From NCBI GenBank assembly GCA_049999805.1, contig JBNGIO010006406.1:161129-225128 (forward strand): a stretch of 64,000 bases of DNA. The letters run 5' to 3'. Shown piece by piece: positions 50,581-62,040 of this stretch. The stretch comes from Folioceros fuciformis (lineage: Eukaryota). The notes beneath the pieces are model-generated. The model did not search any database. It was not told the DNA's origin and was given only the letters and a program-made list of their open reading frames with translations. Numbering within the stretch: position 1 is the stretch's first letter; each line of letters starts with the position of its first letter. The translations under genes were made by a program, and so were the position numbers.

Positions 50581-53055
50581 GCTTATGGTTCTAATTATCT
50601 TCGTCCCCAATGTGTATATGTCAGTAATAATAGTTTTTTTCTTTGAAGAAAAATAGGAAAAAAATTCATTCTTTTTTTCTTTCTATAGTTTAATATAGAA
50701 AAGCCGAAAAAACAAAAAAAATGAGCTTTTGGGCTTTGGTGGGCAATTGATGAACCTCATTCCTTTTACCCCTTCATTCTATAGCTCACCTTCTCTCCTC
50801 TACTAGGGAATTTTGTGCGTGATTCAATGGAAGGCACAAGACAGGGTGTTCCATTGGGGCATCTTTATGATGTCTCACTTTAGAGCCCTTTCTCTTACTG
50901 CCTTATTAATTACATCCCTCTATTCTTATATCTCTATGTGGCGAACAATTCTCACATTTTGGGACCAAGTGATACACAAGTGCAGCTTTCAAGCTTTTCT
51001 CCTTAGAGCTAGCTCGTATTGGTCTTAAGGTGAAGTTATCTAAGTGTAGGGTTTGGTCCACTTCTACATGATTGCTTCCTTTGCTCTTCTCGGGAGATGA
51101 AATTACTTCCTCACAAGACCTCCAAGTTTTGGGGGTCATGGTGGGACCTCCAACCTTTGTCCCAGGCTTTGCGAATGCGGCCCTTGAGAAGGACCTAGCC
51201 CATGCAGATGACTTCGGTAATTTAAGAGACCTACATGTGGCTTTCGGAATTCTTTCCTCATGTTTTGCACATCATCCGTTGTACCTTCTTCGAACCCCCT
51301 CTTTGACATTCTTAGCAAGCTAGAGGAGCTTTAACAATATGATCATGTAGGTTTGTGGTGATATGATTGGTCGTGGTACTTTTGAGTATGACATGGGGGA
51401 CCTTGCTTGGCAACATGCATCTCTTTCTATCTTGTTTGGAGGCATTTGTTTGCTAGTAATGGAGATATTGGCACTAGTAGCATTTCTCAAGAGTAGGGTC
51501 CTTTTGCCTCCTACTTTAACTTTCCATTTTCTCATTCATGATGCGTGCATTTTGGAATCTTTCGTCCTTAGTGGTGAGAAGGGTGCCCTCCCTTTGCAGG
51601 TGTCCCTAAGATCGGCTAGGGACTCTCTTTCTTTTGCGGCTAAGACTGCTATGCCTCAATTTTCATCTCTTCTTGCGAGGGGAATTCAGGGGCTCCAAGT
51701 TTCTCTTCTTGAGAAGAATTACGAGTAGATGTAGCTCAATCTTCTTCATGATTCTTTTATCCCCAAGCCTGTTTAGGTGCAAGCTCTTGGCTTGACCAGA
51801 CATTTAGGCTTTCCAAATCGCTCCAACCACATTCTCTATTGCAATGACGTTTTGCCTTGATTTGGTCTAGCCTTTGGCCTGCTCTTTCTCCTCTTGCAGT
51901 TGCGGGGCGCATATAGACAACTTTGGTACTCATCTTGCCCCTTGCCTGATTGGGGGTCAATGAATTACTACACAACGTTGTGTGAAGATGTCATGTTTTT
52001 GTTGGCCAAGGAGGTAGGCTTTGTGCCCCTCAGGGAGCGCCAATACACTTTACTTAATGGCATTTCTCTTCGGGTTGATCTTTTCCTCTTCAAGGAGATA
52101 TATCAAGTTTTTATTGCTAATGTGGTCATAACTAACCCCACACGGGTCACAGCCTATGAGTAGGTTGTTTTCAACTCTCAACGTAGGGCGGCAAAGGGGA
52201 GTGCATTGGTCAAGGTTCATAAGTACAACCCTTTACAGGTTGGACACATCTTTATCGTGCAAGGTATTTTCCAAGTTTTTGAAGTCTTGCGCCAGGGGAT
52301 TCATAAGAGGAAAAATGAGCTTGGTCTTTTCTCTTTCATATATTGTAGCATTTTTCTTGGTAGAGGTTTCCATTGCTCTATAACAAGCATTGGCTAATGC
52401 CATATATAAGACGTTAGCAATGGCAGATTGGGCAACATCAACAACTCTAGTGCTTGGTAAAGCCTTTCTTCTCCCACCAAACCATGATGTTTTAGGTGGT
52501 CTTGGTAGTGATTAGGCTTTGAGGGGTTAACCCCTAGTTTATCTCCCTCTCTCTAGGGTTAGATGGATTTTTCCATCTTGATTTTCTAAAATAAATCATA
52601 TTATTTAAAGGTAGATAAAATTATCAAATAGGATTAAAATTTTAATAAGTTCCTCCCAAAATGCATAATTATAATTAATTACTTCCTTATTATAATTTTA
52701 ATGTATATATAAAACAAAGCTATGTAGGATATTTTAGTTAATTCATGAATCCTTCATAGAAAATTTGAGCACCAATCTACAGGGAAGAGGAGACATCCCA
52801 CCATAATAGTTCACGGCCATGCTGATCTTAGCTAGAGTCTAAGGAGTGCCATTGCGATGTAATTTGGGTAGAAGAATAATTTAGACAAGATTGATTGGGT
52901 TTCATCATTTGATCATAAGTGTTCACAGATCGGTTTGTTTTCCCTTGTCTCGATTGGCTTTTGATCATCAGTAGCCAAAGATCGGCTTGTTTTCCCTTGT
53001 CTTAAACACAACAATGGTTGGCAAAGCTTGGAATCGACTTGTTTCTCCTTTGTCT

Positions 53056-53485
53056 CATGAACTAAACAATCTGGCATCGACTTCCTTCTTCGTCATCCCA
53101 TGAACAAAACAATCTGGCATCGACTTCCTTCTTCGTCGTCCCATGAACAGAACAATCTGGCATCGACTTCCTTCTTCGTCGTCCCATGAACAGAACAATC
53201 TGGCATCGACTTCCTTCTTCGCCGTCCCATGAACAAAACAATCTGGCATCGACTTCCTTCTTCGCCGTCCCATGAACAAAACAATCTGGCATCGACTTCC
53301 TTCTTCGTCGTCCCATGAACAAAACAATCTGGCATCGACTTCCTTCTTCGTCGTCCCATGAACAAAACAATCTGGCATCGACTTTCTTCTTCGTCGTCCC
53401 ATGAACAAACCAATCTGGCACCGACTTCCTTCTTCGTCGTCTCATGAACAAAACAGCCAGGCATCGACTTCTTCTTTGTCTCATG
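53056..53485. repeat. 43-bp tandem minisatellite, about 10 copies, with degenerate flanking units
   Basis: Unit catgaacaaaacaatctggcatcgacttccttcttcgtcgtcc starts at 53056, 53099, 53142, 53185...53443; related degenerate units occur at about 52930-53055 and 53485-53600. Confidence 0.95.
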
Positions 53486-54479
53486 AGCGGAACGTCTTCT
53501 TTGTCTCATGAGCGAAAGTCTGGCATCAACTTGCTTCTTTGTCTCATGGACAGAACAGCCTGACATTGACTTGTTTCTTGTTTCCCCTTTGTCTGATGAA
53601 TAGGACAGCTTGGCATGATGGCATGAACTTATTTCTGCTTTGTCTCCTCTACCCTCCACAGTCTATTTGTCTCATATAGCCTACAGAACCTATTTGTCTC
53701 ATCCTGCCTACACTAGGTTGTGTTCAACGTGCTTGCCAGGGCTGGTTGATCATCAGTAGCCAGACATCGACTTGTCCTTCCTTATCTAAGACCGCAGCAA
53801 GGTCTTTCTTGTATGAGACAACGTAGCCATCGTCAGCGGTATTCGACGCGGATCATTAGCCTTATGAGACGTCAGTCGCAGTTGACAGCACATCAATTGC
53901 AACAGGCTTAGGGAGAACTTCAGGGTCTAACCGTGGTGGTGCATTGCAGTAGACTAGGCCCGAAGCTACCAGACTAGACCCGAAGCTGACAGACTGTGGT
54001 CAACTCTGGTGGAGGCCATACCCAAGATCCAACAACACCATTCTCGTCTGGCGAGATCATCCGAGATCTGCTACTACTACAGTGAACATACGGGCACAGG
54101 TTGGGAGTGAGAAGCGAGCAGGGATCGTTGACAGGAAGAACTTCTGTTGGCTTGATCACATACTGATGTCAAGACTTTGACCAGACTTCGCGTCTAGAAG
54201 ACACTTTGGAACATGTGACAAGCAATTTTCCAGACCATGACCCGACCTTCCCATCTCCCCGGAACAATGGTTTGAAGATGAGCAAGCCAACCACAACGCC
54301 AATGAGACTAACCAGTTCACACCTCACTTCTCTCAGCTTCAAGAATTGGCCTTGATGACGAGAGAAAAACTCAACTGGGGATTCCCCATCCGTGGACATC
54401 ACTCATGTACTTGCAAGGAAGTCCATCAGAGGGTCACAACAAGCTGGGCGGGAGGTGATACGGTTTGAAAAACTTAGCA

Positions 54480-55115
54480 GCCAAGCTGGGCAGCTGTGGG
54501 ACTGTGTCCCCCATTCACCACAACGATTGCTGGCATAATGCAGATTCAGGAGTGCAGTGATTTGCTCCCGTTCTTCGAACCGACCATGGATCTTCCTCAA
54601 AATCCGCGACACCAGATGCTTGTGGGACAACTTTGGAAACACATCTTCTGCATCCTTCATGCACCTACACTTGGCATAAACAAGAAACAGAGAGATTATG
54701 ACCAATAACTCAGACCCACAACCTAGCCGTGCCTGTTGCATGGGTGTACCTCTCTTCTGCAAGGACACCAGTTTGACAACATTATCAACAACAAGTGCTC
54801 CCTTCTCCTCTTCTACGAGGGTGGCATGTGCTTCAGCGCACTTACCAAGGTGCTTGCTAAGGGTTGTTCCCCTTGTCTTGGGGCAGATGGGTTTTTCTCT
54901 TTTTCGTAATCAAGTTTCATGACACTTGCCAAGTTGCAGGAATTTGGCAGGGCACCTTGTTCCCACATCTGGGGATACATCTGCAAAGCTTTTTCCCTTT
55001 GCTGATAATGAACATGTGGTATGAGAATGCTGTCGAGTCCCGATGGCTCGTCCACCATGGCCAGGACAAATTGCCTGCATCCGTACAGGAGCACACATGT
55101 ATGTACATACAAGAT
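54480..55115 (-). pseudogene. Degenerate PLS-type pentatricopeptide repeat gene fragment
   Basis: EKALQMYPQMWEQGALPNSCNLASVMK and LVYAKCRCMKDAEDVFPKLSHKHLVS resemble PPR P/L/S motifs but lie in broken frames. Confidence 0.6.
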
Positions 55116-56487
55116 TCAGCGTGAGGGTTTCAGATGAAGAGAACGGGTGAGTGTTTCTTTTGTTTCTCGAAGTTTCCAAGCATGCGAAATTTCATCGCAT
55201 CAGACATGAGTACCAACGGCTGCTCTTTCAATCCACAGGGAGACTCTGAGAGGTGAGGGATGACAGAGGAAAATTCATTTACATTTCTCTGAAGGGGATG
55301 CTGTATTTTGCTGGCTACGTCAAGAGGACGGCAACAGTGAACATAACCCATGTTGCACACACCAAGGAATTCATCGACTTCCAGCCACTGCTCCCACCAC
55401 AGGAAAGGAAACACGTGATTTAGAAACTGTTGTGAATTTCTCCGGTTTCTTGAGCATATTCCTGATCTGTATCAGACAAAAGAATCCAAACCTTGGCGCC
55501 ATGGAATGTGTGCTTTTGAGACTGGAGACTCTGAAGGACATGCGTTTGGCAGGTGCGTGTTATCAAGAGACAGTACGTACTCTCGAATGGATGTCGCACA
55601 CGAAACGTGTTTCCACAAATAGAGATCGGGCAATCGAGACACCGAAAAGCAGCCCTTGAAGCTATCGGGGCCTGCAGGCAACAAGTATATAGAATAGAGG
55701 GCCTAATGATTTCCTACCGTATTCAGGCATCAAGAGCTACAATTCTCTAACTAACCTAGGCTTCAAAGGAATCATCCGAGAGGAGATTCCTCGGAGACAA
55801 GAGACGAGAGATCCGTCTTCGATAGCAGCCACCAGCTGCCTACTTGGGAGGCTCTTTCGGGCTCAGCATCAATCTGCGATTCGGCACCGGCTACGGACAT
55901 AGGAAGCAGGCAGGTCGTCTGGGGAAAAACCCAGGGAAGAAAAGCAAGCTCTATGCAAGTCAGACTCATTCAATGTGCTGCTGTAGCGTTTGTTTAGGGT
56001 TTGGTAGTTTTGCTCAGAACTGTCATCAGGGCAGAGAAATGCTGGTCTAGTCCGGGTGTTCAAATTCGTAGGGCCGGGAAGTGTCTTAATTTGGTGTCTG
56101 GCGAAAGCGGGATAGATTGGCTTGGTTGGCGGTGTTGTGTCCAACATGCACTCAAGTCACTCAACAACGCCATGTACCTAGGTTCATAATAGGTAGTGTG
56201 TTGTTCCGTGGTAATGACAGCCACTTTGCGCTTGCACGAGAGTAATTGTGGCTCAGCTGGTGGTGCTCGGGCGGCCTTGAGGGTTTGTAATCAGCTACGT
56301 TGAACTTGGGCTTAATTGTTGCTGGCAGGTGCGGGCACAGCTGCGGGAGCACGGGAAGGGGATGGTAGAATCGGCGCAGGGCCGGTTGTGGTGAGGCGAA
56401 GGGGAATTGATCGCTCGCCCGCGAGCCAGAGCAGTCACTGCCTGCAATATTGGATTGTGGTGAAGGCTTCGGGGTCGGGAACCAAAC

Positions 56488-57927
56488 ATGGCGGATCACG
56501 AAGCGGACGCGGACACGAAGCTCGCACACTTCCAGGATGTTACGGGCGTGGATGATGTTGCCCTTTCGCTGCAAATTCTGGAGGCACATAACTGGGACCT
56601 GCATGCGGCTGTGTCCACCATGATGATCGACAACGTCCCCACCAGCGACGCCAACCAGCAGCGGGTGGCTTCGCCGGGGCCTGCCCTGGCCGGGGATATG
56701 GACTGGGATCACAACAATTGGCATTCCTTGGGGGATTTGGAGAGCGGCGCGGTGTTTGCGCCATCGAATGGGAGTGGGAGCGATGATGTGGATGCTGTGG
56801 CCCCGGAGTCCCAGACGCTGCAGCGAGTGCACTCCGGGTCTCTGCCGTTTGCTGCGGGGTTGGGGCATTCGAGATTCAGGTCCGCGCACTATGAGGGACT
56901 GCTGCCTGATGAATTGGTAAGGGTTAGCTCACCGGAACGGGTGTGTGATGGGGCGCCTTTTTGTTCGCTTTGGAAGGTGTTGTTGTGGACGGTGTATGGC
57001 CGTGGAGCATTTCTGTTGAGGCTGTTGCATGTCTGAGTGCTGGTTTGTGATTGTGATGTGGATTTACGGGTTTGGATTCAGGCATCAGGGACACCTGACG
57101 ATCTAGCTGGGGTGCTGCGGGGATCTATAGATGATGAAAGTGCCCTTCTTGCAGCAAGGGTAGAGGAGGAGGAAAGGCGGGTTAATAGACGGTTGAGGGA
57201 GAAGCAGGATGCTGCTTTTCAGGCTTCTCTGCAAGAGGACCAGGTAGGTTAAGCTCTAGTTTGATGAGACGAGGGGGTCACTCGTTCTGATAAAATGAGT
57301 GTTTTTCCGCTATATCTTGTGTAGCAATGTTTTATCTGTTGTTGGGGGCACAGGAAAGGGAGCGAAGATTGCAGGAGGGAGTACACCTTGCTGCCAAAGC
57401 AGCAGCCGAGCAGGAACGGAAGCGGAAGGAGGAAGAGGAAGCTGCTGCTCTGGCAGCAGCAGAAGCAGCTGAGAGGGAAGCCGCTCTGGAGAGGCGCAAG
57501 AAGGAAAAGGCTGCAGCCCTAGGCGCCGAGCCGGAGAAAGGTCCAGAGGTTACGCAGGTACTAAAACAATTTCACTGACTACTCTATCACGTTTAATATG
57601 TCATGGCGACTCCCCGTATGTCATGCCAGGCGTACTCTCGAGCTTGGGTTCGCATTTGTGACTTACTCTCTGTTCGACGCCTTGTTTTTGCAGGTAGTTG
57701 TCCGTCTACCTAATGGTGAGAGAAAGGAAAGAAGATTTCATAACTCCGCTACAGTTAGATCGCTGTATGATTTTGTGGATTCTGTGGCAAGCTTTCACGC
57801 CTCTAAGTATAGCTTGATCACAAACTTCCCCAGAAAAGTGTATGGCCCAGATATGTTGCAGGTGTCTTTGAAGGATGCTGCTCTTCATCCGCATGCAAAT
57901 CTGTTCGTGCTGGTGGAGGAAAGCTAG
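56488..57927 (+). CDS. Plant UBX-domain protein, PUX10/FAF2-like (UBA-like, coiled coil, UBX), about 342 aa; exons 56488-56916, 57082-57243, 57354-57557, 57694-57927
   Basis: KLAHFQDVTG...LQILEAHNWDLHAAVS (UBA-like); AARVEEEERRVNRRLREKQDAAFQASLQEDQ; LGAEPEKGPEVTQ|VVVRLPNGERKERRF...LYDFVDS...NFPR...LHPHANLFV (UBX with the R...FPR motif). Confidence 0.9.
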
Positions 57928-59054
57928 GGTTATGGGCTATGGGTTTCAGTTTTTGGTATATAAGCAATTGTAAGGAAAGGTTCTCAGTTTCATCACTTTG
58001 AGAGAGGCTTGTCCAAGTGAACGGGCCCTCGGCCATGAGAGCGTGCAAAAAAGCAAATTGCGGTGCAGAAATTGCGATTAAGTCTAGACTGAAGTTAGAC
58101 AAGTGACAACTTAGCTTCGGGGTCAAATTTTGTAGTATCGAACTTTGGCAGGAACTTGACTAGACATCACATTCGTGCTTTGGGAAGTCACCTGATAACT
58201 CTGGACATCGTTACAGTTGCTTTTCCCACTTGGTGTCAGGTCTCAAGTTTGGGAGCATCCTCTCCCAGATCATTTTCTCACAATCGAACCGTTCTCGACG
58301 TTGTCCACTACGCCATCCGTAGGCATGTGGTCATATGTATTCGTTTTAGGTATGTGTCTATACGAGGTATGTGTCCATACGTGGTCCAATGAACTCTTTT
58401 AATCCCCTATGACACGTGGGTCAAATATACCCTATACCCTAAGCGAGCCTGACACCTGCACGAATGAATGAATTTCTTTGCATTTAAAAAAATATTTATG
58501 AGGTCCCTAAGTAGTTATATGTCTAATAATTTCTACTTAGTATGCTGAACTACTAACACGAATAAAAACAGAAGAAGTACTAAAAATCTCCCATTAAAAT
58601 GGTACATAGTGCTTCATAGTTTGTGATGTACTAGAAATCCTCCATTAAAATGGTAATCCTTCACTAAAATGATACATAGTGCTTCACATTGCTTGCTATT
58701 ATTTGTGATGGTGTCTGAAATGTATATAACATCCTTTTAAATTGATTGAGAAAGTATCATCCTCTCCGACTTTTAATACATGTAAAAGATATAAGTAAAG
58801 AGTCTATTTTGATATTCAAAAGAAAATACAATAAAATAATGGATTATTATAGCTAATTCTAGAACTAGATCTTAGAGATTCTTGTAGAATAATTTTTCAT
58901 AAAATAAAAAATATATTATTATTCAAAAATTACACATGCCCTAATTTTAACTTGTAGATGATGATACCATGGCAGTTCTTACAACATTATAATAACCAAC
59001 ATGTATAAAAGTGGTGTTTTCATATTGAGATTGTAGATAAACAATTATTTCCCT

Positions 59055-59254
59055 TACAATCATTTTCATTAATCATTCATTATGTATCTACAATCATTTC
59101 CATTAATCATTCATTGTGTATCTACAATCATTTCTATTAATCATTCATTGTGTATCTACAATCATTTCCGTTAATTATTCATTGTGTATCTACAATCATT
59201 TCCATTAATCATTCATTGTGTATCTACAATCATTTCCATTAATCATTCATTGTG
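59055..59254. repeat. 34-bp AT-rich tandem repeat, about 6 copies
   Basis: Unit tacaatcatttccattaatcattcattgtgtatc at 59055, 59089, 59123, 59157, 59191 and 59225. Confidence 0.92.
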
Positions 59255-62040
59255 ACTTTCCACTACCATGTTCAATGCTTGGACACATTCATCTTCTTCA
59301 TCAAACGTACTTACATTTTGTTACATTACTAACTCAGAACATATGATCGAAGGAATATTGATTAACATAAAAGTTTTGCTACTCACATTTGCAATAAGAT
59401 ACTCTACATTCAATTAAATTTCTTGGATAACACCTACCATAAGTAATGTTGTCATGTCTCTAGTGTGGATTGATAATTTGTGTCTAGGGACATAAAGAGG
59501 TCCGCATTCATCTTCTATGTCGTTGTAGTCCTAGAATTCATTTCTAAGGAAATGATTTGTGTCAAGAAATTCTAAATCTATGGGTCTAGCTGTCCTACAA
59601 TCTGTTCCTACCAGAGAGGGAATCAACCACTGTACTTAAGTCCACCACCACTGGACTTGGTTTCACCACCGTGGTAGATTTAGTCACCATGGTAGGACCC
59701 ACACATTTGGGTCGCAGCATCTGGATGACATGGTTTTTCCTACCATGTCTATTAGGGAGCTATGGCCTATGCATGCTAATTCTCATGCACACTAGGCCAC
59801 ACTCATGTAATTTCACACCCAGAGCTCACTAGTAGTTGAGTAGTTGCACTTAAGGGTCACACTCGCCACGACCCTTCCCTCCATCACCGGTTCTCATTGA
59901 TCCTACACACAATTCATACCCAATCTTGAATAGCACTCCACGTTTTTAGGCACTCACACTCCACCATGCACAAAATAACCACACAATTCCCACCTTGGTT
60001 TACACAAACCCGTCTTTATGTCATATAAATCCCTCCTCAGGTCACACAGACCTCACCTTGGGCGACACAAACCCCTCATCAAGATTAAACACAATTTAGC
60101 TAGACAGCGAAATGGAAGAGGGAAAAATTAAACACTTGGTCGACTCCACAAGTGTGTCACAAACTTGCGTTCCCACCCCATCTTCTGCAAAAAAATTTCT
60201 CCCTTGCCAAGTGTTGAGCATTCTTCACCACTAGTTACAGCAATTGTGGAGCTTGGTCACATAGCTTTTAACCACCTAAGGATCTCCCTGATCCTCTTGT
60301 GACAAGAAGACAACACACCGAATCAGGCCATCATTGATCATATGACTCCAACTCACAATGCACACGAATTCGACACAAGGGAGCTCACACATGAAATTGT
60401 CTAATGAGAGAGACACAAAAAGGTCTCTTATGCATTTGGACTCAAAGCGTCATTAATCCCATAACTTTCCAGAGTCTAAAAATACTAGCCCATCACAGAC
60501 GCACCAATAAATTCGGTGTCTCTAGGTTCAAAATTTTCCAGCACCTTATCTTTTAATCCAAAAGAAAATCCTAACCTATGATGCTACTCTCCTCCTGAAT
60601 TAGCATGCTCGCCCCCACTATGACCACCTAGCTTTTCGGTCTCTAGGCACTCCCCTTGCCCTCCTACCTCGTCGCTAATCTGGGAGGTCTTCCCATAATA
60701 CCTCCACCTCACTCCCACTGTCCAATGTCCCTTTACTCCTCCCATGAGGTTCTCTGCGTGAGTCCCCTCGTTCTTCATCACTGAACGGCCAAACTATTTG
60801 CTCCTCCACCCATGTCCTAACCTCCTCTTCAATCATTTCCTTCAGCACCACTTGTGAAGGATATGCCCTAGCTCCCATTTGAAGGAGCCACTAATAACAA
60901 CTAGTGGCTATTAGGATGTGCAGCCAGTAATCTCTACCCCCTCCTGTGCGAACCACCACATACACATTTAGAATGAGCACCCGCTCACCATGCAAATAGA
61001 AGCTAGGGACATGAGCAGCTACATCCCCTTGCCATAGCACAATGTGCCCTTTTGCTAAAGAGGCTCTTACCCTCTCCTCCCATTGACAGTCCTGAGATGG
61101 CTACCTCCTGACTTCTAAGAGGGTTGTACCTCCTTCTGCTGCAGTACAGCCGGTGGCTAATTCCACCACTTTGGTTCCTCCTTTTGCAATGATGGCCGAC
61201 TTGGCTACTATGGTGGCTGGTTCAGCCACCTTAGTAGTTGACCCCCCTGCCCCTCTTCGGCTGACCTAGAGATCGACCGCAGTCATCCCAGTAGTGAGTC
61301 GATCACTTTCCTTGTATCAGTCACCACCTGTTCTTTCTCTCTCTCGGATAGATGGATGTCTGGAGAGCCTACCTCACATGGTCCATTCTCACTAAGTTGA
61401 ACCTATGGTTTGGTACCAAAGCCAAGTTTCCTTAGGCTTGGTACCAAACCTACTCCCATCCTAGTGACAACACTACCCTCCATCCCCCGGTTAGTCAGTC
61501 AACCCTTGTCCGTTGCCAGGTGTAGAGGAAAAAAACTTTCGACACTCCCATTTTGAGTGACAGAATGAGCAGGCTGCAATTTTTTGTATGAAGGAACGAG
61601 CGAATTGGCTTAGTAGGTGAATAAGATGGGGTATTCATACCCAAAAATGGCCTTGGTCTTTGGGTGTTTGGGATACGGAAGACCACGATCTGGAAGTGAG
61701 TGAGTGAGGGTGCCCTTGGGCCATGGTGGTTCGGGGGCATTTAGGAGATTATATATATCTCCCCCTTTTGGAAATAAGGAATAGAAATGAGTAGGGAAGG
61801 GGGTTAGCTAGTTGTGGATTTAGGAAAAAGGATGGGTTGAGGTGACTGAGCGACGATGGCCAGTGGGGCAACCGTCGCGAAAAGGACGACTGGTGGTAGT
61901 CTAACTGGCAGTAGTGAGAGAAGAAAATGGCCAGTATAAAAACCCTAAAGGGAAGTCTGGAAGGGAATTAAGTTAGTCTTCGAAACGTAAAGGGCAGTAA
62001 CCCGGGAGCGTGAAGGCGGCTGGAAGGGAAGCAGATGCTG

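Larger units (their letters stand above)
49248..50724. other. Nuclear organellar DNA mosaic (NUPT, possibly with NUMT parts) made of short fragments
   Basis: AT-rich block containing a 16S rRNA fragment, the trnG-UCC 5' exon plus intron start, the 3' half of trnR-UCU, an atpB/atpE junction and group II intron-like pieces. Confidence 0.8.
49125..52520 (+). mobile_element. Decayed non-LTR retrotransposon (CRE/R2-like, RT plus probable restriction-like endonuclease), interrupted by an organellar insertion
   Basis: VDIENAFNTISRAAIW (about 49195-49250) resumes after about 50725 as LIPF...FYSSPS.L.Y...EGTRQGVPLG; then GLKVKLSKC, LGVMVG, QHASLSILFGGICL and RVDL...VVITNP. There are many stops and frameshifts. 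Confidence 0.75.

Noticed and set aside
53056-53485. Possible CRISPR array or repeat-protein gene
   Set aside because: Units are head-to-tail with no unique spacers, there are no cas genes and the context is eukaryotic. The 43-aa repeat ORFs simply follow from a 43-nt unit cycling through the frames.
61407-61450. Short inverted repeat ggtttggtaccaaagcc...ggcttggtaccaaacc as a miRNA or terminator
   Set aside because: The stem of about 16 bp is too short for a plant pre-miRNA and lies in TE-like sequence; no function can be supported.
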